Part shown: piece by piece, positions 61,501 to 64,000 of the stretch
How positions within the stretch are numbered: position 1 is the first letter of the stretch
How the letters are laid out: every line of letters begins with the position of its first letter
From: Lingula anatina
Lineage: Eukaryota; Animalia; Brachiopoda
Length of the DNA stretch: 64,000 bases
Assembly: GCA_051362555.1 (NCBI GenBank)
Contig: CM120641.1
Location: 31,006,401 to 31,070,400 of the forward strand
Direction of reading: 5' to 3'
Notes under the pieces: model-generated
Seen by the model: the letters and a program-made list of their open reading frames with translations, nothing else
Database searches by the model: none
What the model was told of the DNA's origin: nothing
Program-made: the position numbers and the translations under genes

Positions 61501-62866
61501 AAACAGACAAACAAACATCACAAAATGTCATTTGTGTAAAGGGCCCCATGATCTGGATAACTGTAGCCAGTTTAAGGCCAAACCTATGCTAGAACGTGAA
61601 AGGTATGTAAGAGAGCAATTTCTATGTTTTAAATGTCTCTCACCAGGGCATCAATCCAAGGATTGCTTAGCCAAAAAGACTTGTCAAACCTGTAACAAAT
61701 TACACCCTACTAGCCTCCATAAGACCCCACGTCAGACAAGTAGTACAGGCCCTCATACAAGTTCTCTGTCTTTCATGAGTGAGACCGTAGACCGAGACAA
61801 GACTTCCATGATTGTACCAGTGTGGTTATCTCATACCAGTGAACCTGAGAAGGAATGCTTGGTATATGCTCTTCTTGATACCCAATCAGACACCACCTTT
61901 GTCTCTGACAGTGTGGTTAAGGACTTAGATATGACAGGGACTCCTACAAATTTGCGTCTGTCGACCATGACTACCAGCGCGACAATTAAGACAAATAGAA
62001 TGACTGGTTTACAGATTAGAGGTTATAGAAATGATGAAAAAATTATGTTGCCTGTTACATATACAAGGAAGTCAATTCCGGCAAATAGAGATCACATCCC
62101 TACATACGACACAGCTAGAAAGTGGCCGTACTTGAGTGGCATGGCAGATAGTTTGCCACCACTATTAGATGTAGATATAGGACTTTTAGTAGGATATAAT
62201 TGTCCTAAAGCTCTGTTGCCCACTGAGGTGATAGCACCTCAAGGCAATGGCCCATTTGCACAGAAAACGGTGTTGGGTTGGGGAATAGTAGGCATAGTTG
62301 AACCCCTTGTTGAAGAGTCCTTAGACCCCATAGGAGTTAGCCATAGGGTGTTAACCTATAGGTCGTCTGTAGATAAGGTCTCATTTGCTGTACGCAACAG
62401 TGTCAAAGAAGTAGTGACTGACACTGCAGGGGATTTGGAAGCCATTGCCCCATCTCGTTTAGACCGTCAATTTCTAGATATTATGGAAAAGGGATGTAAA
62501 AAAAGTGACAATGGAGTGCACTATGAGATGCCACTCCCATTTAGAAATGGTAAACCCCGTCTCCCAAGCAATAGGGATCAGGCATTGTCTAGACTTATGA
62601 CTCTGAAGAAAAGATTTGTGCGTGACCCTGATTTCAAGAAAGATTATTACACTTTCATGAATGACATTCTCTCTAACGAGTATGCAGAGAGGGTGCCTAT
62701 AGAGGACTTAGACAAAGGGGGGTCATGGTATATTCCTCACCATGGGGTATATCACCCAAATAAGCCCAAAAAGATACGGGTTGTGTTCGATTGTGCTGCT
62801 AGGCATCAAAATAGGTGTCTAAATGATGAGCTACTTACTGGCCCGGACATGATGAACTCATTGTTT
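58560..62866 (+). mobile_element. Second copy of the BEL/Pao element (5' LTR 58560-58977), interrupted in RT
   Basis: Near-identical to 42457-46750 with the same upstream GCGGT. Homology ends at ...AACTCATTGTTT. Confidence 0.95.
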
Positions 62867-62869
62867 TAG
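59972..62869 (+). pseudogene. Truncated BEL/Pao polyprotein (Gag-PR-start of RT)
   Basis: 965 aa, differing from copy 1 at only a few residues. The stop codon is created by the junction with foreign sequence. Confidence 0.9.
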
Positions 62870-64000
62870 TCCCTTACCTACACTGGTCTATCGTTTCATT
62901 GTGTGAAAAGCTCCAGTGGCCAGACAATTTTCACGGTGCCATGAAGATAAACAGTTAAAAAATACCCACAATAAATTCGGCAACCGTAGGATGCGCCAAC
63001 ATATAGATAATTGCGATGGTATTTATGCCGAAATATCAAAATGAATAGCCCTGCCGTTCCAATCGGCAATCCTCGACTGTCGAGTGCGGAGACATCCGAG
63101 TAGTTCCAAGTGCTGCCGTTCTACCCTTTAAACCAATCAAAGCAACGGAAAGGGGTCACGTGATCACTTGACCTACATCTCATCGATGTAAACAATGAAT
63201 TTCCATGCGAAGCTTGCACATTTAATAGATGATTCCCATGCGTTGTTTCAATAAAAAAAATAAGTCCTAGGTTTTTAAAATCGATGTCAATATCGAGAGA
63301 AAGATTTAAATAGTTGGAGAATACGTGTATTTTAGGTGTATTTATATAATTGGCTAAATGATGACGTGAATTCACGGTTAAAAGGTATGTAGTATAGCCC
63401 GTACACTGTGCATTGTACCACTTCTACAATCGCACACAGGTCACACTATTACCCAATATAGTGATGATATAATCACTTGCATGTATGTTCAGTAATGTTA
63501 CATTGAATGCATTTTAAATTCTCAGGTGTGTTAAAGCGCATATAATCACTTAAAATTATTTGACTCAATATTTTACACTGATAAATAGTACAAACTAGGT
63601 ATTCATGTGGGCTGTCTGTTTATGAAGCTGGCAAGTGCTCAAAAAATTATTTCAAAAATATGTAAGTTCTTCACTAGGTAGAATAATTGAGTTTTTTATG
63701 TTCAAGTTTATCTTTAAATTGCAGAGGTAAAATTTTTAAAGAAGTTTGATTATTGCAATTAATTGCAGCATTGTCTAGTAACAACAGCATATTAAAAGAA
63801 ATAACAGCTCACATTTAACAAGGCTTTTATGATATATATATAATATATTTTTTCCAACTTAATTATTTAAACTGTGAAATTATAACTTTCTACATTTCTT
63901 GTGCATATCTGAAAAAGATTAATAAAATGCCATTCGAACAGGTACACTTAAAATTTTGCAAATGGATTTTAGGTCTAAGAAAGCAGGCTAGCAATACCAT

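Overview
Eukaryotic, AT-rich, repeat-dense window, probably from an invertebrate animal (inferred from the transposon repertoire). I found no recognisable host protein-coding gene. Layout: (1) 1-2830, a 108-bp satellite interleaved with tRNA-Thr-like Pol III cassettes. (2) A large ~450-600-bp-monomer tandem array in three blocks (~4570-17650, ~32970-42456, ~50779-58559). Nearly every monomer carries a conserved acceptor-like and donor-like pair around a short, mostly non-coding 'exon'. (3) Insertions into or between these blocks: a Tx1/L1-type LINE split by an inversion, a degenerate RTEX/L2-like LINE, several MITEs, two Helentron-type non-autonomous elements with internal 146-bp repeats, an intact DIRS1-type tyrosine-recombinase retrotransposon (26408-31341, minus strand), and a full-length BEL/Pao LTR retrotransposon (42457-50778) with a second, interrupted copy at the same satellite position (58560-62866). 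The least-explained structure is the exon-like tandem array. All calls come from reading the sequence; no searches were run.
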